Shown piece after piece: positions 22,584 through 33,361 of a DNA stretch of 64,000 nt. The translations under genes were made by a program, and so were the position numbers. The stretch is from Naegleria gruberi (lineage: Eukaryota): assembly GCA_000004985.1 (NCBI GenBank), contig GG738877.1; one strand, given 5' to 3'. The notes under the pieces were generated by a model. The model saw nothing but the letters and a program-made list of their open reading frames with translations, did not search any database and was not told where the DNA came from. Position 1 is the first letter of the stretch. The number at the start of each line of letters is the position of its first letter.

Positions 22584-24149
22584 ATGAGTGAATTATTAAA
22601 GACTAAATTCGATGAACTTATGTTGTTGGTTCAACAAAAGCCTTCTAAACAAGCTCTGATTAAATGGCTCTTATTCAGTGGTGGTATCTTGATTTTGATT
22701 TATGTATACAAGGCTAGTGGAATTGGAAAACTCTTCCGTAAGAAGCCTAGAGCAATCCGTGATCCAAATATCAACTCTACTCACCGTTCTAAACAATCAA
22801 CTCTTAAAGAAAACGAATATGATGTTTGTATTGTTGGTGCTGGTCCATCAGGAGCTACTTGTGCCTATTATCTTGCCAAGTTTGGATACAAAGTTTTGGT
22901 TTTGGAGCAAAAGTATTTCCCACGTGAAAAGACTTGTGGAGATGGTTGTACTGCCAAAACTCTTGCATACCTGAAGGAAATGGGTGTTTTACAAGAATTA
23001 GAAAAGGAAGGAAAGGTCGCCAGTATGGGAAGTGGAGGTATTGTTGGTCCTAATGGTTTGAGTTTCATTGAAAATTCTGGTGCTACTATTGAAAAGATCA
23101 GTGGTGACAATAATTGGACACCAAAAGCAATCAAGAGAATTCACATGGACGAAAAGGTTGCTCGTGCTTGTCAAAAGATGGGTGCCGATCTTAAGGAAGG
23201 TATGGATGTCACCAAGGTTAGTCGTAACTTTGTCGGATTGAAGGGGTGGTCTATTGTTGCTAATCACACTCCAAAGGAAGATGGTGAAACCAAGCAAGTT
23301 AAATTTTTGGCTTCAGTTCTCGTTTGTGCTGATGGTGCTCCATCTAAGCTTGCTACCTCACTCAAGATGGTCAATGAAGAACCACAAGGTATTTCTTCAA
23401 GAGTTTACGTTTCGAACCACAAGATGGAAACTAATTGCATTATCTTCTATCCTAAGCCAGTTTTGCCAGGTTATTGTTCAATGTTTTGTCACTCTGATGG
23501 TGATGTTTCTTTGTGTACTTATATTGTTCCAGGTGGTAAACCAACTAAGGATGATTTGGGTAAACTCCATGAATATTGTACAACTGAAGATCCATTGATT
23601 ACAAAGGCTCTTGGCCCAAATCCTCAATGGCAACAAATGAAGGCTGCTTATTTGAGATTGGGAGGTATTTCTAACTCATACGGTGATAATATTCTCGTTA
23701 TTGGTGATGCTTGCGGTTTGATTAATCCAATGACTGGTGAAGGTATTCACTACGCTATGGATAGGTATGTTTTATTTTTTTTAAAAATTATTTACTGACC
23801 TATTTCAAATAGTGGTAAAATGGCTGCTGAAGTTTTAGGTGATGCCATTAAGGGTGGTGATCTTTCAAAGAATAAGCTCAAACTCTATCAAGATATGTGG
23901 GAATACCAATTTGCTAATGACTTCCATTTCTCTAACGAAGCTGCTGTTCTCGTTGCTAAGTATCCACTCCTCCTTGATGCTGTTGCTTCAGCTGTCAAGA
24001 AAAAGGGTGGTAAATTCTTGGCTGAATTTGCTATGGTTTCTTCAGGTGTGAAGAGTTGGTCTTGGTTCTTGAGACCTGATGTTGCTTTGCCACTTCTTCT
24101 TGAAGTTGTTCTTCTTTCAATCTTTGGTACTCCAAAAAGACAAAAATAA
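22584..24149 (+). CDS. FAD-dependent geranylgeranyl reductase family (ChlP/GGR-like) oxidoreductase, 2 exons with an intron at 23765-23812
   Basis: FAD fingerprint YDVCIVGAGPSGATCAYYLAK..LVLE and family signature GDACGLINPMTGEGIHYAMD. The signature is split by an intron running GTATGT...AAATAG. There is an N-terminal TM segment. Confidence 0.75.
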
Positions 24150-24255
24150 ATTAATTTATTAGTCCTTAATTGTTATTAGAGATTAATTTGAATTATTTCG
24201 TTTAAGCTGGATGGATTATCGTATTATTATTAAAAAAAATTAGTTTATGAAATAA

Positions 24256-25185
24256 TCAAATATCTAATTGCAAATCCAACTCTGAAAAGTAAGGTAAATC
24301 ATCTAGCAGCGTTTCATATTCAGAAAGTTTCCTTGTTATAAACATATTAGAATTCAATTCTCTTTTCAATTCACTTGGTATTAGTATGGGAGAGGTCGAA
24401 TATTTGGTATTGGAAAGAAATTGAGAGAATATAGCATTTGAATACTGATGCCACAATTCTTCCAATTGTTTTGGGCTCACACTAAAAGCAACCTTAGATA
24501 GAACACTGTAAAATGGAAAATCATTCTCAAACTCCTCTCTCAATAGTCCTACATCTTGTGGAAAATCTCGATTGAAAAATATTCTATAATCTGTCGTTGA
24601 CACATTATTCTGGTCCTTAATTGAATTAGCTCCACTGAATTTCATCATTAAATTCCAAAATTCAATATAAACATACATGAAAAAATCGAAAATTTCTGAA
24701 GTTACTTCTTCTGAAAATATATTTCTAATTTCCTTGATAATTTCCAAATCCGACGATGATACTCTACTCAAAATATTTGCTATTGAAAATGTGTAAATTA
24801 CACAAACTATCACTCTGGCGTTGGTTGAATCATTCTCATCCAAAATCATACTATTTACAACACTCGATAATTCTAATTTAATTTCATTAATAAATTCTAT
24901 AGCCTCTCCGACTGATGACAATTCTCCTCCTCCATTATTTTCATCTTCATCACAGCTGTTATCCAATATTACTATTTCATGATTTTGTTCATCGTCATCG
25001 GATGATGATTTATGTTCATTCCGATTAGAGTAAAAGTATTTGTAAATTCCATAACATGACACAGCCACTCCTGTAACAATACTCGATCCTATCAGCAAAT
25101 TTCTCTTCTTTCTACGGTCTACTTGTTGAAATTTCTGCCAATACTTGGTTAATGATGAAGTTTGAAAGAAGAGATCATGAAACAT
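24256..25185 (-). CDS. single-pass membrane protein, unknown; the N-terminus is reminiscent of peroxin PEX3
   Basis: The N-terminus is a basic cluster followed by a hydrophobic helix and G.Y..YKYF (RRKKRNLLIGSSIVTGVAVSCYGIYKYF). The rest is acidic and unassigned. Confidence 0.45.
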   Translation of the reverse strand: MFHDLFFQTSSLTKYWQKFQQVDRRKKRNLLIGSSIVTGVAVSCYGIYKYFYSNRNEHKSSSDDDEQNHEIVILDNSCDEDENNGGGELSSVGEAIEFINEIKLELSSVVNSMILDENDSTNARVIVCVIYTFSIANILSRVSSSDLEIIKEIRNIFSEEVTSEIFDFFMYVYIEFWNLMMKFSGANSIKDQNNVSTTDYRIFFNRDFPQDVGLLREEFENDFPFYSVLSKVAFSVSPKQLEELWHQYSNAIFSQFLSNTKYSTSPILIPSELKRELNSNMFITRKLSEYETLLDDLPYFSELDLQLDI

Positions 25186-25243
25186 TTTTTTTTAATAATA
25201 CTTATTTCCAAATTTAATTTGGGATGTTAAAAAAGATAAAAGA

Positions 25244-25317
25244 TGCCTCCCTTGGGAATCGAACCCAAGACCTCTGTCTTACTAGGACAGCGCTACTGCC
25301 AACTGAGCTAGGAAGGC
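25244..25317 (-). tRNA. tRNA-Thr(AGU)
   Basis: Reverse complement: GCCTTCC TA GCTCAGTTGGCAGTAGC G CTGTC CTAGTAA GACAG AGGTC TTGGG TTCGATT CCCAA GGGAGGC A. The anticodon is AGT. Confidence 0.9.
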
Positions 25318-25416
25318 TTTCTTCAAAGATTTTTCGTACACAATCTAGTGTAAAACGAAAACAGTTCTTTGAACACAGAACCATAGCATGCAAGTTCCCA
25401 CAAATTAGGCTAAAAA

Positions 25417-26358
25417 ATGTCGTTAAAGCTGTGTGATCTGTCTTCCGATTTGCTGAATGAAATTTTGTTGTTGCTGGATAATTTGTTGGGCTACGATAGG
25501 AATATCATAAATTTATGCTTGGTTTGCAAAACTCTCTATTCAGAGATATCTAAAATTAATAATTTTTGGAATGATAAAATTCATAGAGCCTTCATTCCTT
25601 CGTGTTTTGACACAATTTCCATCAAACAATTGAAAGATTTGGAAAATGAAAACAAACTCATGACAGCTTACTTTAATTTGGAATATTTCTGTATTAATGA
25701 TTCCAAACTTCCAGTGGAAGATCTTGTGAAAATTGAAAACTTTGAAAAAAAACAATTATCAATCTCAACAATTGGAAATGATTGTGACAAGTTCTACACG
25801 GGAGCTGGATTTGGGACTTGGTTTCAAGATGGATTTTATAACCACGAGTACATTTATAGAAAAGGACGGTTTGAATATAGTGGATTGGTCAATTTTGCAG
25901 TCAACCATAAAATATGTTGTAACTTTGACAGTGGTTATCTCTACATTGGTGACGAGTTTCCAAACAATATTTTTGATGGTTTTATTTGGTTGACAAGCTT
26001 GTGGGAATTGACAGATTGGACTGAAATTGAAAGGAGGTGCTTGATCATTAATGACTTTTATGAAGGAAAGGTCAAGATTGATGAACCTGAAAAGCCATTC
26101 TTTATTTGCCTGGTTGCGAAACATTTTGATAGAGAAACATTTGAAAAGATTGTTTATTTATTGAATGGATATATTAAGAGGAGAGGAATGACAGTTTCTC
26201 GACTCATGTATTGTAATTTATTAACGATAGAGCCAAAAGCTGTCATGCTCAGTTTACTAAGCAGAATTTCCAAGAGTTTCTTTTCACAACTATTGAACCA
26301 TCTCCACACAAAGTTTGTCCCTCTTGGCAGACAAAAGAAAAAGTGTTTCCTTATGTAA
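25417..26358 (+). CDS. hypothetical protein with an F-box-like N-terminus
   Basis: A 313-aa ORF. The N-terminus LCDLSSDLLNEILLLLDNL is F-box-like. I recognise no other domain. Confidence 0.45.
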   Translation: MSLKLCDLSSDLLNEILLLLDNLLGYDRNIINLCLVCKTLYSEISKINNFWNDKIHRAFIPSCFDTISIKQLKDLENENKLMTAYFNLEYFCINDSKLPVEDLVKIENFEKKQLSISTIGNDCDKFYTGAGFGTWFQDGFYNHEYIYRKGRFEYSGLVNFAVNHKICCNFDSGYLYIGDEFPNNIFDGFIWLTSLWELTDWTEIERRCLIINDFYEGKVKIDEPEKPFFICLVAKHFDRETFEKIVYLLNGYIKRRGMTVSRLMYCNLLTIEPKAVMLSLLSRISKSFFSQLLNHLHTKFVPLGRQKKKCFLM

Positions 26359-26390
26359 TTATCTCTTACTAGTTCCAAATAATATTTTAT

Positions 26391-27713
26391 TTAAAAGAAT
26401 TTACCAACAATGTTTGAATCTTGTTCCCAATCAGATGACAAATTACCATTCGGATGGAAAATTAGCTTATTAACAACATTAGGATACTTATCAAATGAAC
26501 TAGCTAGTGCATCATAGGAACTAGTCTCAAAAATCACATCAATGGAATCCTTATATCTGTAACTCTCATTCATGTAATAATATCCAATTGTTGTGAACAT
26601 GTAATTGAAATTCTTTCTCACATTTGAGAATGTAGGAGCTACTTGAGAGAGCACTGATGAAATAGTAACTCTATTCTCATCAATCCAACGTTTGGTCTTA
26701 TTTTGATTATCATATCCTTCCTCTCCAATCACTGACAATTCTCTAAAGACAACTCTTTTTACACCCAAATTAATGGCCCATTCCAAATATTGTTCCACTT
26801 GTTCAATATTAGAGATACCTGCCTTAGTGAGAATGCATGAATTCTTCACAACTTTGAATAATGGAGGAAGTACATTCTTGGTGACATTTTCATAAATATC
26901 ATTCAATCGAATTGGTTGTACCTTTTCAAATCTCATAATCTTCTGATTAACTTGTTCATCAAAATGTTGTCTACTCAATTCAATTCTATCAAAATTAAGA
27001 TTTTTCAAACTGTCAACAACCTCTTGAGCATAAAGAGCAAATCCACTTCCATTCGAATACAAAACCTTTTCATCAAATAAATCTGGATATCTTTCCAATA
27101 ATTCACAAAATCTCTGAAACCAATTAGGTTCACTTGTTGCTTCCAATCCAGAAAGTGACAATCCCATATTTAACTTTCCCTTTTCTTTTTGAATGTTATC
27201 AAGAATTTGGAAGGATTTTTCAAGCCCTTTAAAATACTGATCATAATCTTTGATTCTTTTAGTAGGATATGAATTCATCTTCTTTTTAGAACTAGGATTC
27301 TCATCTTGCATTCTTTCTAAATTTTCACTGCAGAAATGACAGTTGGCATTGCAAATCCTTGCAAAAGCATACGGTGTGAAAGTCAACCCATTTCTAACGT
27401 GTAAAATTTTGTTTTTTTCAGATGCATCCGATCCTTGCCAATTAAATATCTCTGATGATAGAGGTGTCATTAATTTAGGTTCATAGAGTGATGATTTCAA
27501 TTGTCTCATGCGAATCAGCTCTTCATCACTTGTTGCTGTCATTACTTGATTTCTGTATGCGTGATGATGTAGAGAAGCAGTGGCGACAGTACATGTGTGA
27601 AAGGATCGGGAGAGGCCAAATTCTCCCACCATGTTCAAGTTTGAACTTTTAAATGATGACGACAAAAAACTCTTTGATGATGTTACTACTGCACAGAGTT
27701 TCATTTTTTTCAC
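26391..27713 (-). CDS. radical SAM domain protein with a presequence-like N-terminus, unclassified
   Basis: It has CX3CX2C (ICNANCHFCSE) and a GGE-like motif (LSLSGLEATSEP). The N-terminus is rich in S, K and R without acidic residues. It matches none of the usual eukaryotic radical-SAM enzymes that I can recall. Confidence 0.7.
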   Translation of the reverse strand: MKKMKLCAVVTSSKSFLSSSFKSSNLNMVGEFGLSRSFHTCTVATASLHHHAYRNQVMTATSDEELIRMRQLKSSLYEPKLMTPLSSEIFNWQGSDASEKNKILHVRNGLTFTPYAFARICNANCHFCSENLERMQDENPSSKKKMNSYPTKRIKDYDQYFKGLEKSFQILDNIQKEKGKLNMGLSLSGLEATSEPNWFQRFCELLERYPDLFDEKVLYSNGSGFALYAQEVVDSLKNLNFDRIELSRQHFDEQVNQKIMRFEKVQPIRLNDIYENVTKNVLPPLFKVVKNSCILTKAGISNIEQVEQYLEWAINLGVKRVVFRELSVIGEEGYDNQNKTKRWIDENRVTISSVLSQVAPTFSNVRKNFNYMFTTIGYYYMNESYRYKDSIDVIFETSSYDALASSFDKYPNVVNKLIFHPNGNLSSDWEQDSNIVGKFF

Positions 27714-27877
27714 TTTGGATTGTTCGAGAGTTCGCGAGAGTTCAACTGTAAATGAAAGTCAAAGGATCCCTTTTCGAAGGTGACAAGGATTAATTTCACA
27801 CATTTCTCAATCCTTCCATTTGTTAATTCCTTACTACTATCAAAAGAGAATTACATGACACTGATTAAGTCTTTTTA

Positions 27878-30800
27878 TTAATAAAAATTGAGAGTGAATC
27901 TGAGCTTTGAGAGTGGAGTAAGGATGGTCAAAATATGATCCTGTTGCACAGGATCACACATAATAGAGTCTGGTCTATAATTCTTTTCCAGGATCATAAT
28001 GTTTTTGAAAATGAACTTCAAAGCATCTGTCAAAATTTGATAATTGAGACAATACACCACAAAACTAAAGAATTTGTCATCAAGTAATTGTTGTTTGGTT
28101 GTTTGATTCTTCTTTTTTACAGTAGAATCTATCGTTAATACTATGCTGTCGAATGAATAACCTGTCTTTACATTCATACCAACTTTGGATAACTCACCCT
28201 TAGCACAGGCAGTAATTAAATGCCATGGATGAGAAATAAGAGTACCAGCAAAATTCTTCCATTTTGACTCAGAAATTAACTTGTCCATTAAGATTGACTT
28301 TAAAATGTACATTATTAAACTTCTGACAACTTTTCCAATGTTATGATTTTTTGACTCGTCTGTAATTGCATTGATTGGAATTTTTTCATTCTTTCCAATT
28401 TCAATAATGTATTGTAAAAGCGTCTTAATGTTACCTTGCAAGGTTGCGATTAGAGTACCTTCCTCTTTTGAACCGCCTGCTTGTTGAGACAATTCAAATT
28501 CAAACTTGAGTTCAAAATTGAAATGTTTCTTCAATAAATTCAAAACAGCAAAAATGGTTGGTGAGTATTCTTCCAAATTCATTATGGATGTTTCTTCGAA
28601 ACACATTGCTGTGTATTTTTGATTGAGAGCGAGCTCATATGTACAAACTGCTAATAACTTGCTTTGTAAAAGGTATTGAATAAAGAGTAAGTCCCTCTCT
28701 TTCAATTTCTTAGGGTCAAGAATTCTCACTTCCTTAAAAGCAAGAAAATCTTGAACAATCTTTTCCTTTTTTACAATATCAAGTTTTGAAAAAATGGTAC
28801 ATAAATCCCTATCAGATTTGAATATTGTCGGTTTGGTTCTGTTAGTAAGTATAGAGTAAATCGAGTGAACTAAAGGTGCCAATAAAGGAGAGGTTCTGTT
28901 AATATTTACAATTCCAGACACTCTTGTTTCCTCAGTCATTGAACTAGTCAACAAATCAATAATGTTTCTTCTCAACTTATCAAGAAGAGGATGTTCCATG
29001 AGAGGTTTTTCTGTATAGAGAAAAGTGTATGGTTTTTCCCATCCCTTTGGAAAAGTGGAAGGATCCACAAAGTTCTCAAACATTTTTTCTTTTCTTTTTG
29101 GTGTAATTGGAGAGTAAAGGTCGTACAGACTCTTGGGAGTGCAAGAAAGAGGCGTTGTTTCGTTGTGAGCACTGTCTGATCTGGAAGGACTTGGATGAGT
29201 GAGAGTATTTGATGTTGTAGTATTTGTTTCAGAAATTGTTGACAAAAGGGCGCAATCTTCTCCAATGAAATCTTCAAGAACTGCATGCTCAACAGTTACC
29301 TCCTGAGCCAATTCTTGTGTGGCTTCTTTCTTTGTGCTACTTGATCTTGAGGAAGGATTAGAATCAAGAAACTCTTGAAGTAGCAAAGCTCCTGCTTCTT
29401 GTTGATGAGGAGAAGAACCTGTTTTCTTTCTATTGGCTCTTTTTGACTTTCTTGAATCAGATCTTTCTCCACTACTGGAATGGCTATCTGTTGTTGATGT
29501 TATTGATACTTTTCTTCCTTCACTGCCTTTTTCCATAGCCTGCTTCTCTAATACAGAAACTAAAACATCAACGCTGCTGGACGGCTCCTCTTCATGGGTA
29601 GAAATGATGTCAGATATCTTTTCCTCTTCAATTATATCTTCCTTTTCTGATTTTGGAACTGATTGTGGGTCAATATTTGATTCTGGCTCACCTTCTGATA
29701 AAAAATCATCAATGTTTACAACAGAATGTTCTGTTGTTTCATCATCACTTTCTTCGCCTTCCTTAATTGATTCTTCTTTCACCATTTTTGCAATGGCTGG
29801 AAGAGGTTTGGCGATTGGTGTTTCTATTTCTTTTATCTCGAGTGGTGACACTTTTGGATCTGGTTTTTTTGGAGTCTTGGAAAGAAATGAGGAAAAATAT
29901 GATCTTATTGATGCAGTTCTGGAGATGGTTGGCTCAGATGCCTTTTTCTCAAAAACTGGATCTGGTTTTGTTTCTACAACTGTAGTTGGTGTTGACTCTG
30001 GTTCTACTGGTGTTATTGGTTCTGAATCGACAGGTGAAGTGGACGCTTGAACTTCAAACACATCCTTTGCAACTTCTATTGGTTTTGGTGATACCACTGG
30101 TAGAGCCTTCACTGGCTTCTTTGGAACAAGAGGCAGAGGTTTTGTTGGAGAATCAACAACAGGCAGACTTGGCTGTTGAGGCAATGCTTTCAAGATAGGC
30201 AGAGGTTTAATTTCGACGATTGGTTTGATTGGTTGAACGGTTTCCTTTTCAATCTGTTTCTCTGGTTCTGTTATCAGCTTAACTTCCACTGTGGTTGTAG
30301 TTTCTTTTTGAGTATTCAAAATTGTAAATGACGTACTTGTTTGAGAATTTGTTTCAACCTTTGGAGTTTCCACAACCACTTGTTTTGGCTCAACTGGAAC
30401 AGGAAGAGCTTTTGGCTCAGAACTCTCAACAACTTTTGGAATCTCTGCTAGTTTATCTTTGGTAACAATTGGAAGAGGTTTCACAGTTGTTTGTTTTGGT
30501 TCTTCAACTTTGATTGGAACTGATGGATCTAGCAATTTTTCCTCTTTTACCACAACTGGTTTTAAAGAAATCAGGGTTGTTTCTTTGCTTTCATGTACAT
30601 TAGGAGTTGAGACAATTGATTGTTTTTCAGGAGATTTCTCAATGGTTTTAGTAGTTTTGGGAGAAGTTTTCTCTTCTAATTTGGGAGAAGATGGTGCTTT
30701 TTCATCAATACGTGATGACTTTAAGGTAATGGTGGTGATTTCCTTTTCCACAATTTCCAAAGAATTTACGTCAATTGGTTGTTCTACAAATACAGGTTGT

Positions 30801-31888
30801 TGTTGAAGAGGAGTTTTATCCTCAATCGAAGGAGAAACAATTTCTTTTTCTACTATAGTGGGTGTTGAATTTGTTTTGACCTCCTCACTACATGGTGTTG
30901 TGGCATTTTCCTCGTTATATGCAGGTTCAAGACTTGGTGATGATGTAGTCTCTTGAATTGATTCGATGGTATTTGAAGTTTGGAACACCTCATCAGTTAC
31001 AATTGTTGGTGATAATGGGGTATGGTCCACAACATGTGATTCCTCAATATCATATTCTTCAAAGGTTTCCAAATAATCCTCTTCTTCAAACTCAACAACA
31101 TGGTCCTCAGGCTCTGAACTTGTTGGCAGTGTTGTGGTTGTTATTTCAACACTATTTGGAGTAGTATCAATGATCTGCTCTTCTTTGGAAGTAATGATGG
31201 GAAGTTCGGAGCTTTTATATTCTTCTACAGTGTCAATAAGGGATGATTCTGGAAGTGCCTCAATATTACTATTATCTGATATTATTGTTTTAGTTACATC
31301 TATTGGTGAAGTAGAGACTACTGGATGTTCTTCATACTCTTCATATTCCTCGTAAAATTCATCATCGTCAATCTCTTCTGGAGTTAACTCTTCGGTTGTA
31401 AGTTGTTTTTCATGGACTTCGACAAAAGTTGTTGAAGGCTCAGCAAGTTCTTCTTGTTCTTCATCTACCACTTTCTCATTATTTTCCTCAATTATAGGAT
31501 GAATAGGAGTGTAAGAGAAAAAGAAGGAGCTATGATCAGCCTTAAACCTCTTAAAATGAATCTGTGGAGTAGAAGTGGTAATTTTCGACTCAACTTGAGA
31601 GCGAAGTTTTGAGTACCTTTTGGAAATTCTATCCAATGCTTGTATCGGTGATTTGTTCTTTTGCATATCATTACTAGTCTCTTTTAAAATTGCTTGATAA
31701 TTCCTTTCCAAGCTATTTAACTCTTCCTCATTCGAAAATATATCCTGGTTCCTATTTCTATAGAGAAATACACCAAGCTTGGATGGATTTTGTGATTGAA
31801 GGGATTTTAATTCATTCTTGCCGTCTTGTTGATGATTTTCATTGAGTTTTTCAAATCGCGCTCTCAATGACTTCCACCCTTCCGTCAT
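27878..31888 (-). CDS. large (1336-aa) repeat-rich protein with an acidic EEYEE region, PEVK-like P/K/V/T tandem repeats and a C-terminal globular domain
   Basis: One uninterrupted ORF. Repeats are of the form KPLP..KALPVV.PKP. I cannot assign a family to the C-terminal ~500 aa. Confidence 0.65.
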   Translation of the reverse strand: MTEGWKSLRARFEKLNENHQQDGKNELKSLQSQNPSKLGVFLYRNRNQDIFSNEEELNSLERNYQAILKETSNDMQKNKSPIQALDRISKRYSKLRSQVESKITTSTPQIHFKRFKADHSSFFFSYTPIHPIIEENNEKVVDEEQEELAEPSTTFVEVHEKQLTTEELTPEEIDDDEFYEEYEEYEEHPVVSTSPIDVTKTIISDNSNIEALPESSLIDTVEEYKSSELPIITSKEEQIIDTTPNSVEITTTTLPTSSEPEDHVVEFEEEDYLETFEEYDIEESHVVDHTPLSPTIVTDEVFQTSNTIESIQETTSSPSLEPAYNEENATTPCSEEVKTNSTPTIVEKEIVSPSIEDKTPLQQQPVFVEQPIDVNSLEIVEKEITTITLKSSRIDEKAPSSPKLEEKTSPKTTKTIEKSPEKQSIVSTPNVHESKETTLISLKPVVVKEEKLLDPSVPIKVEEPKQTTVKPLPIVTKDKLAEIPKVVESSEPKALPVPVEPKQVVVETPKVETNSQTSTSFTILNTQKETTTTVEVKLITEPEKQIEKETVQPIKPIVEIKPLPILKALPQQPSLPVVDSPTKPLPLVPKKPVKALPVVSPKPIEVAKDVFEVQASTSPVDSEPITPVEPESTPTTVVETKPDPVFEKKASEPTISRTASIRSYFSSFLSKTPKKPDPKVSPLEIKEIETPIAKPLPAIAKMVKEESIKEGEESDDETTEHSVVNIDDFLSEGEPESNIDPQSVPKSEKEDIIEEEKISDIISTHEEEPSSSVDVLVSVLEKQAMEKGSEGRKVSITSTTDSHSSSGERSDSRKSKRANRKKTGSSPHQQEAGALLLQEFLDSNPSSRSSSTKKEATQELAQEVTVEHAVLEDFIGEDCALLSTISETNTTTSNTLTHPSPSRSDSAHNETTPLSCTPKSLYDLYSPITPKRKEKMFENFVDPSTFPKGWEKPYTFLYTEKPLMEHPLLDKLRRNIIDLLTSSMTEETRVSGIVNINRTSPLLAPLVHSIYSILTNRTKPTIFKSDRDLCTIFSKLDIVKKEKIVQDFLAFKEVRILDPKKLKERDLLFIQYLLQSKLLAVCTYELALNQKYTAMCFEETSIMNLEEYSPTIFAVLNLLKKHFNFELKFEFELSQQAGGSKEEGTLIATLQGNIKTLLQYIIEIGKNEKIPINAITDESKNHNIGKVVRSLIMYILKSILMDKLISESKWKNFAGTLISHPWHLITACAKGELSKVGMNVKTGYSFDSIVLTIDSTVKKKNQTTKQQLLDDKFFSFVVYCLNYQILTDALKFIFKNIMILEKNYRPDSIMCDPVQQDHILTILTPLSKLRFTLNFY

Positions 31889-32141
31889 TTTTTAACTAAA
31901 TGTTTTTACACCTCAATCAGCCGTTTTGAAAACAAATAGAGGAGAGCGAGAGCAGCAGAAGCTTTCATCTCACATGACTGCTTGGTGAATAGAGTGAAAG
32001 AGCATATTGAATGAGCGGTTAGTACCACCAGCAAGTTAGTTCCTTCTGTTACCAAAATATTGTAATCTTCAAGAAAAAAAATTTGGTACTTTGTTGCTGA
32101 AGTGGATGACTGTTTCATAATGGCCATATATTGTTGTTCCC

Positions 32142-32745
32142 TTAGTGATATGAATCTTCATGGAGATAACCTCTGTACAAATCACCATGTCTTTTAATGA
32201 ATTCAACTGAGTTCATTACTAATTTGTATAATGATTTCAAAGTAATAGATTCATGATAAAAGTTTCTCAATTCTTCAAATTGATAGTTAATATATTCATT
32301 CCAATCTTCAATTATAAGTCTTTCATCAGTTGTTAGATCAATATTATCATTCATTGGAATTAAGTATTTGTATGTTGAATGATCATTTTCAAACTTCATT
32401 ATTTTTCTTCTAATTGAATCATTAATTCCAGATTGCAGTATTGACAGAAACATAAGGAGCATCTTTAGTTTTGAAATTTGAAAATGTTGAATTAGAATCA
32501 TCTCCTTCAGAAACAAGAATATTCCTTTGATGTTAATTTACAACAATTATTATGTTCAACAAATTAGTACCACTATCTTTAGTATATTTCACAAATTCAT
32601 CAACTCCAGAGAATTCATTCAATTTATCAATTAGTGGAAAATCCTCACGCTTTTCAGATGGATATTTGGATCCAAATACATCCGCAAAGTCAAAATACTG
32701 TGAGATGTTGTGGATCCTGTTTGGCGGAATCCCCTCTAATTAGTT
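32142..32745 (-). CDS. hypothetical small spliced gene, tentative
   Basis: The minus strand at 32745-32545 reads LEGIPPNRIHNISQYFDFADVFGSKYPSEKREDFPLIDKLNEF... The downstream ORF ends ...NEYINYQFEELRNFYHESITLKSLYKLVMNSVEFIKRHGDLYRGYLHEDSYH. The junction between the two is unresolved. Confidence 0.25.
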
Positions 32746-33361
32746 TTTTACAAATTAAATCATTTATTTTTTCTTGGCTGGATTCAAATTCCTTCTTGAG
32801 TGCTTAGGTAAAGGAATTCCTTTAATCTGTGATTTTCTTTCTTCTTTTGGAATTTCATTAATTTTAGGTGTTCTGTTGTTTCTATTGGTTCAGTTAGTTT
32901 CTGGTTTTTCAGATTGAGATGAAGATGGAATAGAATTAGAAGAATATGGTTCAGATGAGTAGTTGTTACATTGCAAATTAATAAAAACAAGATTGAGAAC
33001 AAGTAATTATACTAATGGGTATTAAAGCTTAGGGACTGTTTCATCTTTAAGGTGATTCAGCCTTGAGACCTGCTTTAATGGATATAAATCTTTATTAGCA
33101 TTGGCTGTTTCGAATCGAAGAAGCGAGAGCAGAAGCACCTTGTGAACCAACCTTGGCGTTGTTTGAGTCTTTGCCAGGTGATATCTTTTGCTAATTGTTC
33201 TTCTTGTTCTTCTTCGTGTCTTGAACAGGAGGTGAAGGCATAACAGAACTATCAGATGAATTAGGTTATTGTGGTGATAATTTTTGAGCATGGAAAAATA
33301 CTCAACTTATATTTTATTAAGTTTACAATGAAAACAAGTTAATTCTTCACTTCGCTCAGAA

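Noticed and set aside
25224-25436. 70-aa plus-strand ORF in the track
   Set aside because: It overlaps the minus-strand tRNA-Thr gene exactly. It is a spurious reading of tRNA sequence with no ATG context.
29433-30806. Several long plus-strand ORFs (205 aa, 115 aa and others) inside the 27878-31888 region
   Set aside because: They are antisense shadows of the repeat-rich minus-strand gene. They are low complexity (S, V, G, F runs) and start at non-ATG codons. The same applies to 16656-17087 (plus) opposite the PH-domain gene.
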